Below, piece by piece: positions 38,038 to 49,470 of a stretch of DNA of 64,000 nt. The first letter of the stretch is position 1; each line of letters opens with the position of its first letter. The translations under genes were made by a program, and so were the position numbers. Origin of the DNA: Bradyrhizobium sp. (GTDB lineage Bacteria; Pseudomonadota; Alphaproteobacteria; Rhizobiales; Xanthobacteraceae); assembly GCA_049509335.1 (NCBI GenBank), contig JBEKZZ010000016.1, forward strand, positions 3,243 through 67,242, in the 5' to 3' direction. The notes beneath the pieces are model-generated. The model was not told the DNA's origin. It searched no databases and worked only from the letters and a program-made list of their open reading frames with translations.

Positions 38038-39102
38038 ATGATGAGTCAGGTCCATCCAAAATTGAAGGTCGCTGCTGTGCAGGCCGCTCCAGCGTTTCTC
38101 GATCTCGATGCGTCGATCGAAAAGACGATACACTACATCGATGAGGCAGGTAGCGCGGGAGCGAAGCTCATCGCGTTTCCGGAAACCTGGCTTCCCGGCT
38201 ATCCGTGGTGGATTTGGCTTGGCGCTCCGGCCTGGGCAATCATGCGCGGCTTCGTCTCGCGGTATTTCGACAACTCGCTGCAATATGGGAGTCCGGAAGC
38301 CGAGCGGCTGCGAGACGCCGCCAGGCGCAACAAGATTTATGTCGCGCTTGGCCTGTCGGAGCGGGACGGCGGCAGCCTGTATATCGCGCAATGGATCATA
38401 GGGCCGGACGGCGAAACGGTCGCGCAGCGCCGCAAGCTCAAGCCGACGCACGCCGAGCGCACAGTGTTCGGCGAGGGCGACGGTTCACATCTCGCCGTGC
38501 ATGATCTCGATATCGGACGGTTGGGCGCGCTTTGCTGCTGGGAACATCTGCAACCGCTATCGAAGTATGCGATGTACGCCCAGAACGAGCAAATTCACGT
38601 CGCCGCGTGGCCGAGCTTCTCGTTGTACGACCCGTTTGCGCACGCACTCGGCGCAGAGGTCAACAATGCCGCGAGCAAGATCTATGCGGTCGAGGGATCG
38701 TGCTTTGTCGTCGCGCCGTGCGCGACGGTTTCGCAGGCGATGATCGATGAGCTTTGCGACAGTCCCGAAAAGCATCAATTCCTTCATGTCGGCGGCGGCT
38801 TCGCCGTGATTTACGGTCCCGACGGCTCACCGTTGGCCAAACCTTTGCCGCCGGACCAGGAGGGGATTCTCTATGCCGACATCGATCTCGGCATGATTTC
38901 AGTCGCCAAGGCTGCCGCCGATCCCGCTGGGCATTATGCGCGTCCGGATGTGACCCGCTTGCTGTTCAACAATCGTCCGGCAAATCGCGTCGAGAAGCTG
39001 GCTCTGCCGGTCGATCAGGAAGCCGAAGCCGATAGCGCGCCGAAGGCTCCCGGTGCATCTCCCAAAGTGGTGGCACTTCAGACGCCGCAGGCTGCGGAGT
39101 AG
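38038..39102 (+). CDS. Nitrilase
   Basis: Glu-Lys-Cys triad: [23 protein letters not shown]; [11 protein letters not shown]. Confidence 0.95.
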   Translation: MMSQVHPKLKVAAVQAAPAFLDLDASIEKTIHYIDEAGSAGAKLIAFPETWLPGYPWWIWLGAPAWAIMRGFVSRYFDNSLQYGSPEAERLRDAARRNKIYVALGLSERDGGSLYIAQWIIGPDGETVAQRRKLKPTHAERTVFGEGDGSHLAVHDLDIGRLGALCCWEHLQPLSKYAMYAQNEQIHVAAWPSFSLYDPFAHALGAEVNNAASKIYAVEGSCFVVAPCATVSQAMIDELCDSPEKHQFLHVGGGFAVIYGPDGSPLAKPLPPDQEGILYADIDLGMISVAKAAADPAGHYARPDVTRLLFNNRPANRVEKLALPVDQEAEADSAPKAPGASPKVVALQTPQAAE

Positions 39103-39106
39103 CGTC

Positions 39107-40144
39107 ATGGAATCTGCCATTCCTTCCCATCTTCAAGTCTCGCGCAGCCGCCACCGCCGGGTGCCTGACGACTACCAGCCGCCGTATCCATCCTTTGTCG
39201 CGCGGCACCGTCCCGAAGTCGGCAGCGTGGTGATGGCCTATTTCGGTGTTCAGTATTCTGGTGGCGCCCCCAAGGGTTTGCCCGCGGTGCTGAAGTCGCT
39301 CGAGGCCGCATTCGCGTCAGCCAACGGGCCGCGTCATTGGGACCGCGCTGGGTATGTCGATGAAGCCGGTTACAGCAACACGGTCTCGGTCGCCTATTGG
39401 GATGATCGCGCCGCATTCGACGTCTGGTTTCCGGGGGCGCGCGCGGCCTGGACCGGTGTCGAGGCCGCTGGCTTCGGCAAGTTCATCGAAGTTCTGAGCC
39501 CTTCGGTGAATGATTACGAGACGCTGTTCTCGTCGCTCGGCCGTCCCGAAGGCGTCGCGGTCATCGCCGACGACATGAGCGGCGAGGTTTTGGAGCATGC
39601 CTATTGGGGTGGCATGCGCGATCGCATTCCGCTTTCCCAAACCAATGAGATGGCCCCAGTGGGCGTACCTGCTGTCGTGCGCGAAGGCCGGCGTCTGCGG
39701 GTGAAGCCGCATGACAACATTTGTTTGATTCGATCCGGCCAGGACTGGAGCGATACGGATTCCTCCGAGCGCAAGATGTATCTGGAGGATGTCGAACCGG
39801 TGTTACGCGAGGGAATGGAGTTCCTGCGCGACGAGGGGCTTGCTATCGGCTGCTTCGCCAACCGCTACATGACGGTTCTCGACGGCGACGGCCGGCCAAC
39901 CGAGAAGAGCTACGGCATGAGCTGGTGGAAGAGCCTCGCCACCCTCGAACGTTGGGCCGAGTCACACCCCACTCACGTGCGCATTTTCGGTGCGGCAATG
40001 AAATACCTGTCGACGCTCGGTCCGGCTGCAAAGCTCCGGCTCTATCACGAGGTCACGGTAGCTCGCGCAGCCGATCAGTTCTTTGAATACCTGGACTGTC
40101 ATCCGGGTACGGGAATGCTGAAGGCGGTGACGGTCGAAGCTTGA
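39107..40144 (+). CDS. oxd: Aldoxime dehydratase (heme, Oxd family)
   Basis: MESAIP.HL, YWGGMRDRIP, LIRSGQDW, ERWAESHPTH, LRLYHEV. Confidence 0.93.
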   Translation: MESAIPSHLQVSRSRHRRVPDDYQPPYPSFVARHRPEVGSVVMAYFGVQYSGGAPKGLPAVLKSLEAAFASANGPRHWDRAGYVDEAGYSNTVSVAYWDDRAAFDVWFPGARAAWTGVEAAGFGKFIEVLSPSVNDYETLFSSLGRPEGVAVIADDMSGEVLEHAYWGGMRDRIPLSQTNEMAPVGVPAVVREGRRLRVKPHDNICLIRSGQDWSDTDSSERKMYLEDVEPVLREGMEFLRDEGLAIGCFANRYMTVLDGDGRPTEKSYGMSWWKSLATLERWAESHPTHVRIFGAAMKYLSTLGPAAKLRLYHEVTVARAADQFFEYLDCHPGTGMLKAVTVEA

Positions 40145-40152
40145 TGGTAACG

Positions 40153-40228
40153 GGGGAATGGCGAATAGGGAGTAGCAAATAGGAAGAACAACTCTATTCG
40201 CTATTCGCCACTCACCATTCGCCTATTC
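40153..40228. repeat. Inverted heptamer repeat element, copy 2
   Basis: GGGAATG GCGAATA GGGAGTA GCAAATA...TATTCGC TATTCGC CACTCAC CATTCGC between convergent genes. Confidence 0.75.
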
Positions 40229-40999
40229 CTGCGGCTCGGTCAGCGTCTCGCCGGAGGCCTCAATGCGTATCCAGCCTGAGGGCGCGAGCCGCTGCTGCGG
40301 CAGGAAGCGGCCCTTGTAGTCCATCTTCTTCGAGCCTTCGATCCAGTAGCCGAGATAGACGTAAGGCAGGCCCTGCCGGCGCGCGCGGTTGATGTGGTCG
40401 AGGATCATGAAGGTGCCGAGCGAGCGGCTCTCTTCAGAGGGCTCGAAAAAGGAATAGACCATCGACAGCCCGTCCGAGAGCACGTCGGTTAGGGCGACTG
40501 CGACCAGATCGTTGCCGCGCCCGTTGACGGCGGTGTCAACGCTGCGGCGGCGGTATTCGATGATGCGGGTTTCGACGTGGCTGTCTTCCACCATCATGGC
40601 GTAGTCCAGCACCGTCATGTCGGCCATACCGCCATGGCGGTGCCGCTGGTCCAGATAGGCGCGGAAGATCGAATATTGCTCTGAGGTCGGCACCGCGCTG
40701 CGCTGCTCCCCGACAATGTCGGCGTTGCGGGCCATGATTTTGCGGAAATTGCGCGAAGGGCGGAATTCGTTGGCGACCACGCGGACGGAGACGCAGGCCC
40801 GGCACTGGTCGCAGGCGGGCCGGTAGGCAATCGACTGGCTGCGCCGGAAGCCGCCATGGGTCAGGAGGTCGTTGAGGTCGCCGGCCTTGTCGCCCACCAG
40901 ATGGGTGAACACCTTGCGCTCGTGCCGTCCCGGCAAATAGGGGCAGGGCGAGGGCGCCGTCAGATAGAATTGCGGGGTGTCACGCGAATGCTGGGTCAC
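40223..40999 (-). CDS. bpt: Aspartate/glutamate leucyltransferase (bacterial ATE-like)
   Basis: [41 protein letters not shown]. Confidence 0.92.
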   Translation of the reverse strand: MTQHSRDTPQFYLTAPSPCPYLPGRHERKVFTHLVGDKAGDLNDLLTHGGFRRSQSIAYRPACDQCRACVSVRVVANEFRPSRNFRKIMARNADIVGEQRSAVPTSEQYSIFRAYLDQRHRHGGMADMTVLDYAMMVEDSHVETRIIEYRRRSVDTAVNGRGNDLVAVALTDVLSDGLSMVYSFFEPSEESRSLGTFMILDHINRARRQGLPYVYLGYWIEGSKKMDYKGRFLPQQRLAPSGWIRIEASGETLTEPQE

Positions 41000-41130
41000 G
41001 GGATGTCGTCGGTCCTAAAGGCGAGGCATACGAGAGCCGAACGCAGCATCGCGCTGCCAAGCCTAACGGTCAATTGGTTTGCAAACCGTTTGCCCGTGCC
41101 GTCTGTGTCCGCGGATTTCCGGGTGGATGA

Positions 41131-41715
41131 TCAAAAAGTCCGCGCCGGCTGGCCTACGGGGGCCCTAACCGAGGTGTTGATGACCACGGTTCCCAGCACA
41201 ATATCGTGCAACAGGCGCCGCCGGCCATTGAAAAGCCCGACCAGAACCACGAACGGCGTCAGAAACGAGACCGAAACCCAGAACAACACGGCGTGCATGG
41301 CACCCAGAACGAAATAACCGGGGGCGCCATAAAAGGTTCGCAACTCCAGATCCATCACCCGCATGCCGACTGTGGCCGAGTGCGGACCGCCGAGCGAGGC
41401 GCCGTAGTAGACGATGGCCCAGACCACCGAGGCCGGCCATGCCAGCCAGAACAGCACCCAGCCAAGCCCGAGCGTGATCAGCCCGAACACCGCGATGAAG
41501 ATGTAGCCGAGGATAACGGGCACCGACAGCACGATAAGGTCGATCAGAAACGCGAACACCCGCCGCGTCAGCACGCCGCGAAACAGTTCAGGCTCCAGGT
41601 CGGGATCGAAGGCATGGGGTGGAGCGCCGCCGTCGTTACGCCAGGCGCCGCCAGCATTGTCAGCGCCGCCAGTACCATAACCGCCGCCGGTATTTCCAGA
41701 ACCGCTATACGACAT
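41131..41715 (-). CDS. RDD family membrane protein
   Basis: RRVFAFLID, ATVGMR, RRLLHDIVLGT. Confidence 0.88.
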   Translation of the reverse strand: MSYSGSGNTGGGYGTGGADNAGGAWRNDGGAPPHAFDPDLEPELFRGVLTRRVFAFLIDLIVLSVPVILGYIFIAVFGLITLGLGWVLFWLAWPASVVWAIVYYGASLGGPHSATVGMRVMDLELRTFYGAPGYFVLGAMHAVLFWVSVSFLTPFVVLVGLFNGRRRLLHDIVLGTVVINTSVRAPVGQPARTF

Positions 41716-41986
41716 GATCCGTCCTTTCGGGAAACTGGCAAGGACATGGGAACCGGCAAGGCGGTTGCAAGCCCTCACCGAGGACGGAACCCCAATATTG
41801 TGGCTTGCGAATGATTATCGTTCGCCGCCCCGCCGATGAACACCAAGTCTGGCCGCACCCGTTCTTCAAACGTGACGTTAGCGCCACGATCTATCCGTTT
41901 GACGTGCTCGCGCGCGAGGAGCGCGATGCGCTCCGGCCGCTGTGCGGGTCGCATCCGACGGCAAAAACCTGATGCGGCGAGCTTGA

Positions 41987-42991
41987 TCAGTCCATCGCCA
42001 GGATAACTTTGCCCTTGGCGCGACCGGTTTCCAGATAGGCCATCGCCTCCTTGGCTTCGTTGAATGGAAAGACGCGGTCGATGATGACGTCGAGCTTCTT
42101 GTTGTCGATGAGTGACGCCAGAAAAGCGAGGTCCGCGCCGCTCGGATGCATGAACAGATAGCGATAGCTGATGCCGTGACGGGCGGCGCGCCAGCGCGTG
42201 GTGAGGCTCGCGATCCAGAACAAGGCGGCGAGGCCGTTGCCGGCTTTGAGATCCTTCAGCGCCGTCATGGGCTCGGGCATGCCGGCGATCGAGACGACGT
42301 GGCCGCCGCGCTTTAGCACCGGCCACAGGCGCGCCAGGGTGTCGCCGCCGACGAGATCGAAGGCGCAGTCGTAGCCCGACAATTTCTCTTCGAAACGCTC
42401 GCTCTGATAGTCGATGATCACATCGGCGCCGAGCCGCTTGACGAGGGTCTCGCCGCGCGGCGACGCTGTCGTCGCGACGTCAGCACCGAAGTGCTTGGCA
42501 AGCTGGATCGCGAATGTGCCGACGCCACCCGCGCCGCCCGGGATGAAGATGCGATCGCCGGCACCCAAGTGCAATTCATCCCGCAGCGCCTGCAACGCCG
42601 TGAGCGCCGCGAGCGGCACAGCCGCCGCCGACGTGAAGTCGAGCGAGGCCGGCATCAGCGCAGCGTGATCTTCGTGAACCGCGGCGTAGTCGGCGAAAGC
42701 GCCCATGTTCTTCTTGTCCACGCGCGCAAACACGCGGTCGCCTTTGACAAAGCGCGTCACCCCGCCGCCTGCGGCTTCGACGACGCCGGCAAATTCGTTG
42801 CCCATCACGATCGGCAGCGGATATTTGTGGATGATCTTCAGTGCGCCGTCGCGCGTCTTGTAGTCGACAGGATTGAGACCGGCGGCATGGACGCGGACCA
42901 GCAGTTCATTGGCCCGTGGCGCCGGTTGCGGCATCTGGGTGAGTGCCGTGCATTCAGGTCCGCCATAGCCTGAGAGGACGAGAGCCCGCAT
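41987..42991 (-). CDS. NADP-dependent (MDR/zeta-crystallin-like) oxidoreductase
   Basis: AAGLNPVD, GGAGGVGTFAIQLAK, GRAKGKVIL. Confidence 0.92.
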   Translation of the reverse strand: MRALVLSGYGGPECTALTQMPQPAPRANELLVRVHAAGLNPVDYKTRDGALKIIHKYPLPIVMGNEFAGVVEAAGGGVTRFVKGDRVFARVDKKNMGAFADYAAVHEDHAALMPASLDFTSAAAVPLAALTALQALRDELHLGAGDRIFIPGGAGGVGTFAIQLAKHFGADVATTASPRGETLVKRLGADVIIDYQSERFEEKLSGYDCAFDLVGGDTLARLWPVLKRGGHVVSIAGMPEPMTALKDLKAGNGLAALFWIASLTTRWRAARHGISYRYLFMHPSGADLAFLASLIDNKKLDVIIDRVFPFNEAKEAMAYLETGRAKGKVILAMD

Positions 42992-43070
42992 GGGATGAGC
43001 CCTGACATTGCCTGTTAAGTCGCGTTAGCCGCACCCGTCGGCGCTGCTGGTGGAGTGAATTTGATATTCG

Positions 43071-44306
<1,236 letters not shown>

Positions 44307-44342
44307 TCAAATCTTCGCCAATGGTGATAAGCCACGCATCTG

Positions 44343-44807
44343 ATGTCAGATACCTCCACCACACGCGATACCTCCCGGGACCACGCGATATCGGTCGATG
44401 CGATATCGTCGGAACGAATCGATTCCGCCGATAATGTGTGGACGCGCCGGCTGGTGCTTTTCCTGCGTGTCATGGCCGTCGTCTCCGTTGCCAAGGGTCT
44501 CTTTCACTGGGCGCAGGTCACGGGTTTTGTCGGCGGCGAAGAGGAGGCTTTTGAAAACCAGTCGCTCGCATGGCAGGCCTCGACCGTCTATTTCGCCGTG
44601 ATCGAACTCGTCGCCGCCGTCGGGCTTTGGCTGGCGACGCCGTGGGGTGCGGTGGTGTGGCTGATCACCGTCGTCTCGATGACGGTGATCGAACTGATGT
44701 TTCCGGCCATCTATGGCGGCAGCCTCGCGATTGTCGTCGCGGAGGCGTTGATGCTGACGGCCTATCTCGCGCTGGCGTGGATGGCGGCTCGCGAGCGGCC
44801 GCCATAG
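44343..44807 (+). CDS. Conserved membrane protein (DUF6163-like)
   Basis: FLRVMA..KGL.HW, FAVIELVAAVGLWLATPWG; hemB/ldtR neighbourhood. Confidence 0.75.
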   Translation: MSDTSTTRDTSRDHAISVDAISSERIDSADNVWTRRLVLFLRVMAVVSVAKGLFHWAQVTGFVGGEEEAFENQSLAWQASTVYFAVIELVAAVGLWLATPWGAVVWLITVVSMTVIELMFPAIYGGSLAIVVAEALMLTAYLALAWMAARERPP

Positions 44808-45126
44808 TCCGAAATCGGCTTAACCATTCGCTCACCGTGACGCCTCCCGTCACACCTGTTACGCAACCGTTTCCGTTTTCATCCGCGCTGTTTCCATATG
44901 TGACAGGGCGTGCAGACGAAGCGTGAACAGCGCACTTTCACCGTCAATGAAAGGTTGCGAAAAGCCCTTGTATTGCGGGCTTAATCCGCGATTCACTGTC
45001 TTAAATTCATGATCTCTTTATTCTCTTATTTAAGCTGATCTTCAAACGCACCCCTTAAGTTGCAGCTATCAGGCGGGACAAAAGTTTCGTCGAATAAGTC
45101 GATAAAACGACAACAGGGGAAGTGTC

Positions 45127-45639
45127 ATGATGAAAGCCGTTGCAACGGCGGAAGCCGTCGAGCGTGCTCCGGGGCAAGCTCCGGTTCAGCCGCTCTATCT
45201 CGAAGCCTTGACCTTGGTGGAGCGGCTGCATCGCCGCCTGCTCGATGTCATCAAGGATGAATTCGATCGTCGCGGCCGCGCCGATATCAATTCGGTGCAG
45301 GCGCTATTGCTCTATAACATCGGCGACAAGGAGCTGACCGCGGGCGAGCTGCGCACACGCGGCTACTATCTCGGCTCCAACGTTTCCTACAATCTGAAGA
45401 AGCTGGTTGAACTCGGCTTCCTCGATCACCAGCGTTCGCGCGTCGATCGCCGTTCGGTTCGTATTCGCCTGACCCCGCAGGGCCAGGAAATCCGCCGTAT
45501 CGTCGATGCGCTCTATCAGAAGCACGTCAAGACCGTGGAACAGGTCGGCGGCATCTCGAACGAGGAATTCGCGACGCTCAACAAGTCGCTGCATCGCCTC
45601 GAGCGCTTCTGGACCGACCAGATCCTCTATCGGCTCTGA
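45127..45639 (+). CDS. ldtR: MarR-family regulator LdtR
   Basis: LVERLHRRLLDVIKDEFDR, ELRTRGYYLGSNVSYNLKKL, ERFWTDQILYRL. Confidence 0.88.
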   Translation: MMKAVATAEAVERAPGQAPVQPLYLEALTLVERLHRRLLDVIKDEFDRRGRADINSVQALLLYNIGDKELTAGELRTRGYYLGSNVSYNLKKLVELGFLDHQRSRVDRRSVRIRLTPQGQEIRRIVDALYQKHVKTVEQVGGISNEEFATLNKSLHRLERFWTDQILYRL

Positions 45640-45837
45640 GTTTACGTTTCGGCCAAGCCGGCACCTTAAAAGACCGGCAGCCGTAACGATCTAAAAGACA
45701 CTTCCCCATCAGCGCACTGGTTCGGATTTTTCCGAAGCCGGTGCGCTTTGTCTTTTCGCTGCTCCAAAATGACCGGCAGAAAGAAAATGGAACTTTTCCG
45801 CTCGACCGGACTTATCGGTTGGTATCGGAGAGCGGCG

Positions 45838-46065
45838 ATGCTGGTCGAGCGCGGATTACAGGTGATAAATGTCGGGGTGATCAGCGACGCTTACGCGATC
45901 GCCGCCGACTACCTGTACCGGACCGGCGCCACCGCCGACAATTTTGCGACCAACGAGCAACTGCTCTCGATCATCGTGCAGCTGTTCGAGCGCGGCGAGT
46001 TCAACAGGATCAGGCTCGCCAACAAGGCGATCGCCAGGTTCGAAGCGCTAGTAGAGTGGGTTTGA
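45838..46065 (+). CDS. Small hypothetical protein
   Basis: GGAGAG RBS; LFERGE..RIRL motif; coding-like codon usage. Confidence 0.55.
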   Translation: MLVERGLQVINVGVISDAYAIAADYLYRTGATADNFATNEQLLSIIVQLFERGEFNRIRLANKAIARFEALVEWV

Positions 46066-46113
46066 CGTGTCGCTACCGGCCAGGCCGCAAGTTCGCTTGG
46101 CGAATGTCGAATC

Positions 46114-46371
46114 TTGACGGATCAAGCCCATCAGAACGCGAGGAAAGCCATGGAAGCCGCCATCGACCGTATCATGATGACCTACGATCTGCTGTTGAAC
46201 CGCTCGGCGGCCGCCAGCGCCGAAGCGCGCACCAAGGTGACCGAATATGTCACGACCCTGTTCGAGGCCGGCGAAAAGGACATGCACCGGCTGACCGTGT
46301 GCGGGCTCACGTACCTGCGCGAGCTCGATGGCTCGAGCAATCCGGTCAAGGCCGGCTATACCGGGCTGTAG
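46114..46371 (+). CDS. Small hypothetical protein
   Basis: LFEAGE..MHRL motif; probable start at ATG 46150 after GAGGA. Confidence 0.6.
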   Translation: MTDQAHQNARKAMEAAIDRIMMTYDLLLNRSAAASAEARTKVTEYVTTLFEAGEKDMHRLTVCGLTYLRELDGSSNPVKAGYTGL

Positions 46372-46535
46372 GATCGGCTTGGCGGAGGCGGTCAATCCAT
46401 TGATCGCACGAGGCCTTTGCGAATGAGCCCTGGGCGAAATTGTCGCCATAGCTGACTGCCTTTTTTCCAACACCTCTGATAAGCACCTCTGGTAAAGCTC
46501 TGCGGCTGGTGCAGACGCTTCAGAGGGCCAAACCC

Positions 46536-47162
46536 ATGCTCACCCTTCATCATCTCAACGACTCCCGGTCGCAGCGGATTGCGTGGCTGCTGGAGGAGCT
46601 TGGCGCGCCTTATGAGATGAAGCACTACCAGCGCGACGCCAAGACGCGGCTGGCGCCGCCGGAGCTGTTGGCCATCCACCCGCTCGGCAAATCGCCTGTG
46701 ATATCAGATGGCGATCTTAAAATCGCCGAATCCGGCGCTATCGTCGATTATCTCGTTCGAACCTATGGCAAGGGCAAGATGATGCCTGCGATGGGTAGCC
46801 CGGACTTTGAGGCCTACAGTGAATGGCTGCATTATGCCGAAGGCTCCGCCATGTTGCCGCTGATGCTCAACCTGTATGTGTCCAGGTTGAAGGAAGCAGG
46901 CAGCCCGTTGCATCCGCGTATCGACAGCGAGATCGCCAATCATCTCGGCTATGTCGACGGCGCGTTGAAGGGCAGGGAGTTCTTCGTCGGCCAATCGCTG
47001 ACGGGCGCTGACATCCAGATGAGCTTCGTCGGCGAGATGGCCGACGTGTACGACCGGCTCGGGCCGTTCCCAAATCTTGCCGCCTGGCTCAAGCGAATGC
47101 ATGCGCGGCCGGCCTTTCGGCGCTCGGTCGAGAAGGGCGGCGCCTACCGTTTTGCGAAGTAA
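46536..47162 (+). CDS. Glutathione S-transferase
   Basis: HHLNDSRSQRI.WLLEEL, HPLGKSPV, ESGAI. Confidence 0.93.
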   Translation: MLTLHHLNDSRSQRIAWLLEELGAPYEMKHYQRDAKTRLAPPELLAIHPLGKSPVISDGDLKIAESGAIVDYLVRTYGKGKMMPAMGSPDFEAYSEWLHYAEGSAMLPLMLNLYVSRLKEAGSPLHPRIDSEIANHLGYVDGALKGREFFVGQSLTGADIQMSFVGEMADVYDRLGPFPNLAAWLKRMHARPAFRRSVEKGGAYRFAK

Positions 47163-47716
47163 TGCCGAAGCCGGAAACGATGAGTAGCTTTCGTCTGTTG
47201 GGCCTGTTGCCTCTGCTTGCCGTTGCCGCCTGCTCACAGCCGAGCTTCCTGACCTCGTTTGCCGAGCGAAATACGGCCGCGCCCGTCGAGCGGCTAAATC
47301 CCGGAACGGCGCCGCCTGACAGGTGGTCGCCGGCGGCCGATCCGGTCGAGGATACCGATTTCCCGAACACCGAGCGCATCTCGCAGTTGCCGGGTAAAGT
47401 AGGCGATTGTGCCGAGACGACCATCACCTCGATTACCGACCGCTACGGCGAGGACTTGCCGCCTCGCGTCAGGAAGGGGACCGATCCCGGCACGATCGTC
47501 CGCTTCTCCAATTCCGGCGTTCAGGTTTCGATGCGCCGTGAGAACTCCGTTGCCCACTCCCAGGTGTTCGACAAGGTCAGCATGTGCCTGGTCGAGGTCC
47601 CCGAAGACTGCCCCACCGACATCCACGGCCGCGTCTACCGGACCACTAATCTGAGGACCAAGGAAAGCTGGAGCCTGGCGAACGACGTTCGCAGTTGCGG
47701 TGGGCAGGCCGGTTAA
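47162..47716 (+). CDS. Putative lipoprotein
   Basis: Lipobox VAAC; four further Cys; no family recognised. Confidence 0.7.
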   Translation: MPKPETMSSFRLLGLLPLLAVAACSQPSFLTSFAERNTAAPVERLNPGTAPPDRWSPAADPVEDTDFPNTERISQLPGKVGDCAETTITSITDRYGEDLPPRVRKGTDPGTIVRFSNSGVQVSMRRENSVAHSQVFDKVSMCLVEVPEDCPTDIHGRVYRTTNLRTKESWSLANDVRSCGGQAG

Positions 47717-47733
47717 GGCCGTGCTGTGCCAAA

Positions 47734-47858
47734 CCCTCATGGTGAGGAGGCGTTTACGCCGTCTCCGGACGACGCATTGCGTCGCCGGGAGAACCATGAG
47801 GTCCGGATATCGGCTTCATCCTTCGAGACGCCGCTTGCGCGGCGCCTCGGGATGAGGG
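47734..47858. repeat. REP/RIME-like element, second CCTCATGGTGAGG-family copy
   Basis: Shares CCTCATGGTGAGGAG...AACCATG...TCATCCTTCGAGACGC...GGATGAGG with 15009-15109. Confidence 0.85.
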
Positions 47859-47977
47859 GAAACGTTTGGGCGTCCCTTCACGTATTTGCGACTGGCAGGA
47901 TTTGCGGCCTTATGCGCCGCGCGAAGCTTTGCTATGAAATGCCGTTTGGTTAGAGCTGGATAGCGATCCCCCCACCG

Positions 47978-49234
47978 ATGAGTGCCACCACCCGCCGATC
48001 GTTCCTCGCTTCAGCCGCCGGCCTTGCCGCCAGTGCGGCGGCGCAGCGCGTCGTCGCTGCCGATGGTGAGCAGACTCCCGATCAGATGCTCGACGAGCTG
48101 ATGCGGGAAAATCAGGAAAACGGCGTCGGAAGCGGTTTCGATAACGCCTCGCGCAATGTCCGCCTGCCAAAGAAGTCGTTGCCGACGTTATCGCCCTCGA
48201 CCGCGGAAACCACACAGACTTCAATCGGCCAGTACGAGACCATCGTCGCCAAAGGCGGTTGGCCGAACGTACCGGCTTCCGCCAATGGCTTGAGCGTCGG
48301 TGCCAGGACCCCTGCGGTGTCGTCCTTGCGCCAGCGGCTGTCGAGCGTCGGTGATCTCGAATTGAATTCCGGTGACCCGCAGGTCTTCGATTCCTATGTC
48401 GATGCGGCGGTGCGGCGTTTTCAAGTGCGCCACGGCTTGCATGCCGACGGCATCTTGCATGAGCCGACCCTGCACGCGCTCAACGTTCCGGCGGAGCAGC
48501 GGCTCGCGCAACTCAAGACCAACGCCGTGCGGTTGAAAACGCTCTCCGGCAATCTCGGCAACCGTATCGTGGTTGCGAATATTCCGGCTGCCCAGATCGA
48601 GGCAATCGAGAACGGCGTAGCGATCACGCGTCACACGGCGGTTGCCGGCAAGCCGGACCGGCCGTCGCCGGATCTTAAAACCAAGATCACCCAGATCAAC
48701 TTCAACCCGTTCTGGACCGTGCCGGTATCGATCATCCGCAAGGATTTGATTCCAAAGATGCAGGCGGAGCCGGACTATCTCTCCAGGAACCACATCCGCA
48801 TCTTCGATCCGAAGAACAACGAGCTACAGCCGTCGCAGATCGACTGGTATTCGACCGAAGCGGTCAATTACAAATTCAAACAGGACGCCGGCAATTTCAA
48901 TTCGCTCGGGTCGATGAAGATCAACTTCCCAAGTCCGGATGGCGTCTACATGCACGACACGCCGTCGAAGAACCTGTTCGGCGAGGATTTTCGTTTTGCC
49001 TCTTCGGGGTGCATGCGCGTGCAGAATGTGCGCGAGCTTGTCTACTGGATTTTGATGGAAACGCCGGGCTGGTCGAAGGCCGAGATCGACGATGTGATCC
49101 AGTCCGGCGAACGCAAGGACGCCAAGGTTGCCAAGCCGGTGCCGCTCTATTGGGTCTACATCACAGCCTGGGCCACGCCCGATGGTGTCGTGCAGTTCCG
49201 CGACGACATCTACAACCGCGACGGCGTGAGTTAA
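47978..49234 (+). CDS. L,D-transpeptidase (YcbB/LdtP-like) with Tat signal and PG-binding domain
   Basis: TTRRSFL Tat motif, AVRRFQ.RHGL..DG, YMHDTP...SSGCMRV. Confidence 0.92.
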   Translation: MSATTRRSFLASAAGLAASAAAQRVVAADGEQTPDQMLDELMRENQENGVGSGFDNASRNVRLPKKSLPTLSPSTAETTQTSIGQYETIVAKGGWPNVPASANGLSVGARTPAVSSLRQRLSSVGDLELNSGDPQVFDSYVDAAVRRFQVRHGLHADGILHEPTLHALNVPAEQRLAQLKTNAVRLKTLSGNLGNRIVVANIPAAQIEAIENGVAITRHTAVAGKPDRPSPDLKTKITQINFNPFWTVPVSIIRKDLIPKMQAEPDYLSRNHIRIFDPKNNELQPSQIDWYSTEAVNYKFKQDAGNFNSLGSMKINFPSPDGVYMHDTPSKNLFGEDFRFASSGCMRVQNVRELVYWILMETPGWSKAEIDDVIQSGERKDAKVAKPVPLYWVYITAWATPDGVVQFRDDIYNRDGVS

Positions 49235-49363
49235 GCCGGCGTCAAAAAGCCGCTGACCCCGCAACCCTCATCCGCCGGCGTCAACGCCGGAAAAACCGAC
49301 CAACCGGCATAAAGCCGCATTGCCGAAAGCAGGAACGGCGGGGCGGTCGTTTCGCGGAATCAG

Positions 49364-49462
49364 TCGAAGAACAACTGATCGGTCGCAGCCACGTTCGAGG
49401 GCGAGTTCTCCAACGTCACATCGAGCTACGCCGGGAAAGGTGTCGTGCGCTATCAGTGGTGA
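49364..49462 (+). pseudogene. Relic of an autotransporter beta-barrel C-terminus
   Basis: Reads SKNN*SVAATFEGEFSNVTSSYAGKGVVRYQW*; in-frame TGA where Trp is expected; no upstream ORF. Confidence 0.7.
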
Positions 49463-49470
49463 GGCGTCCT

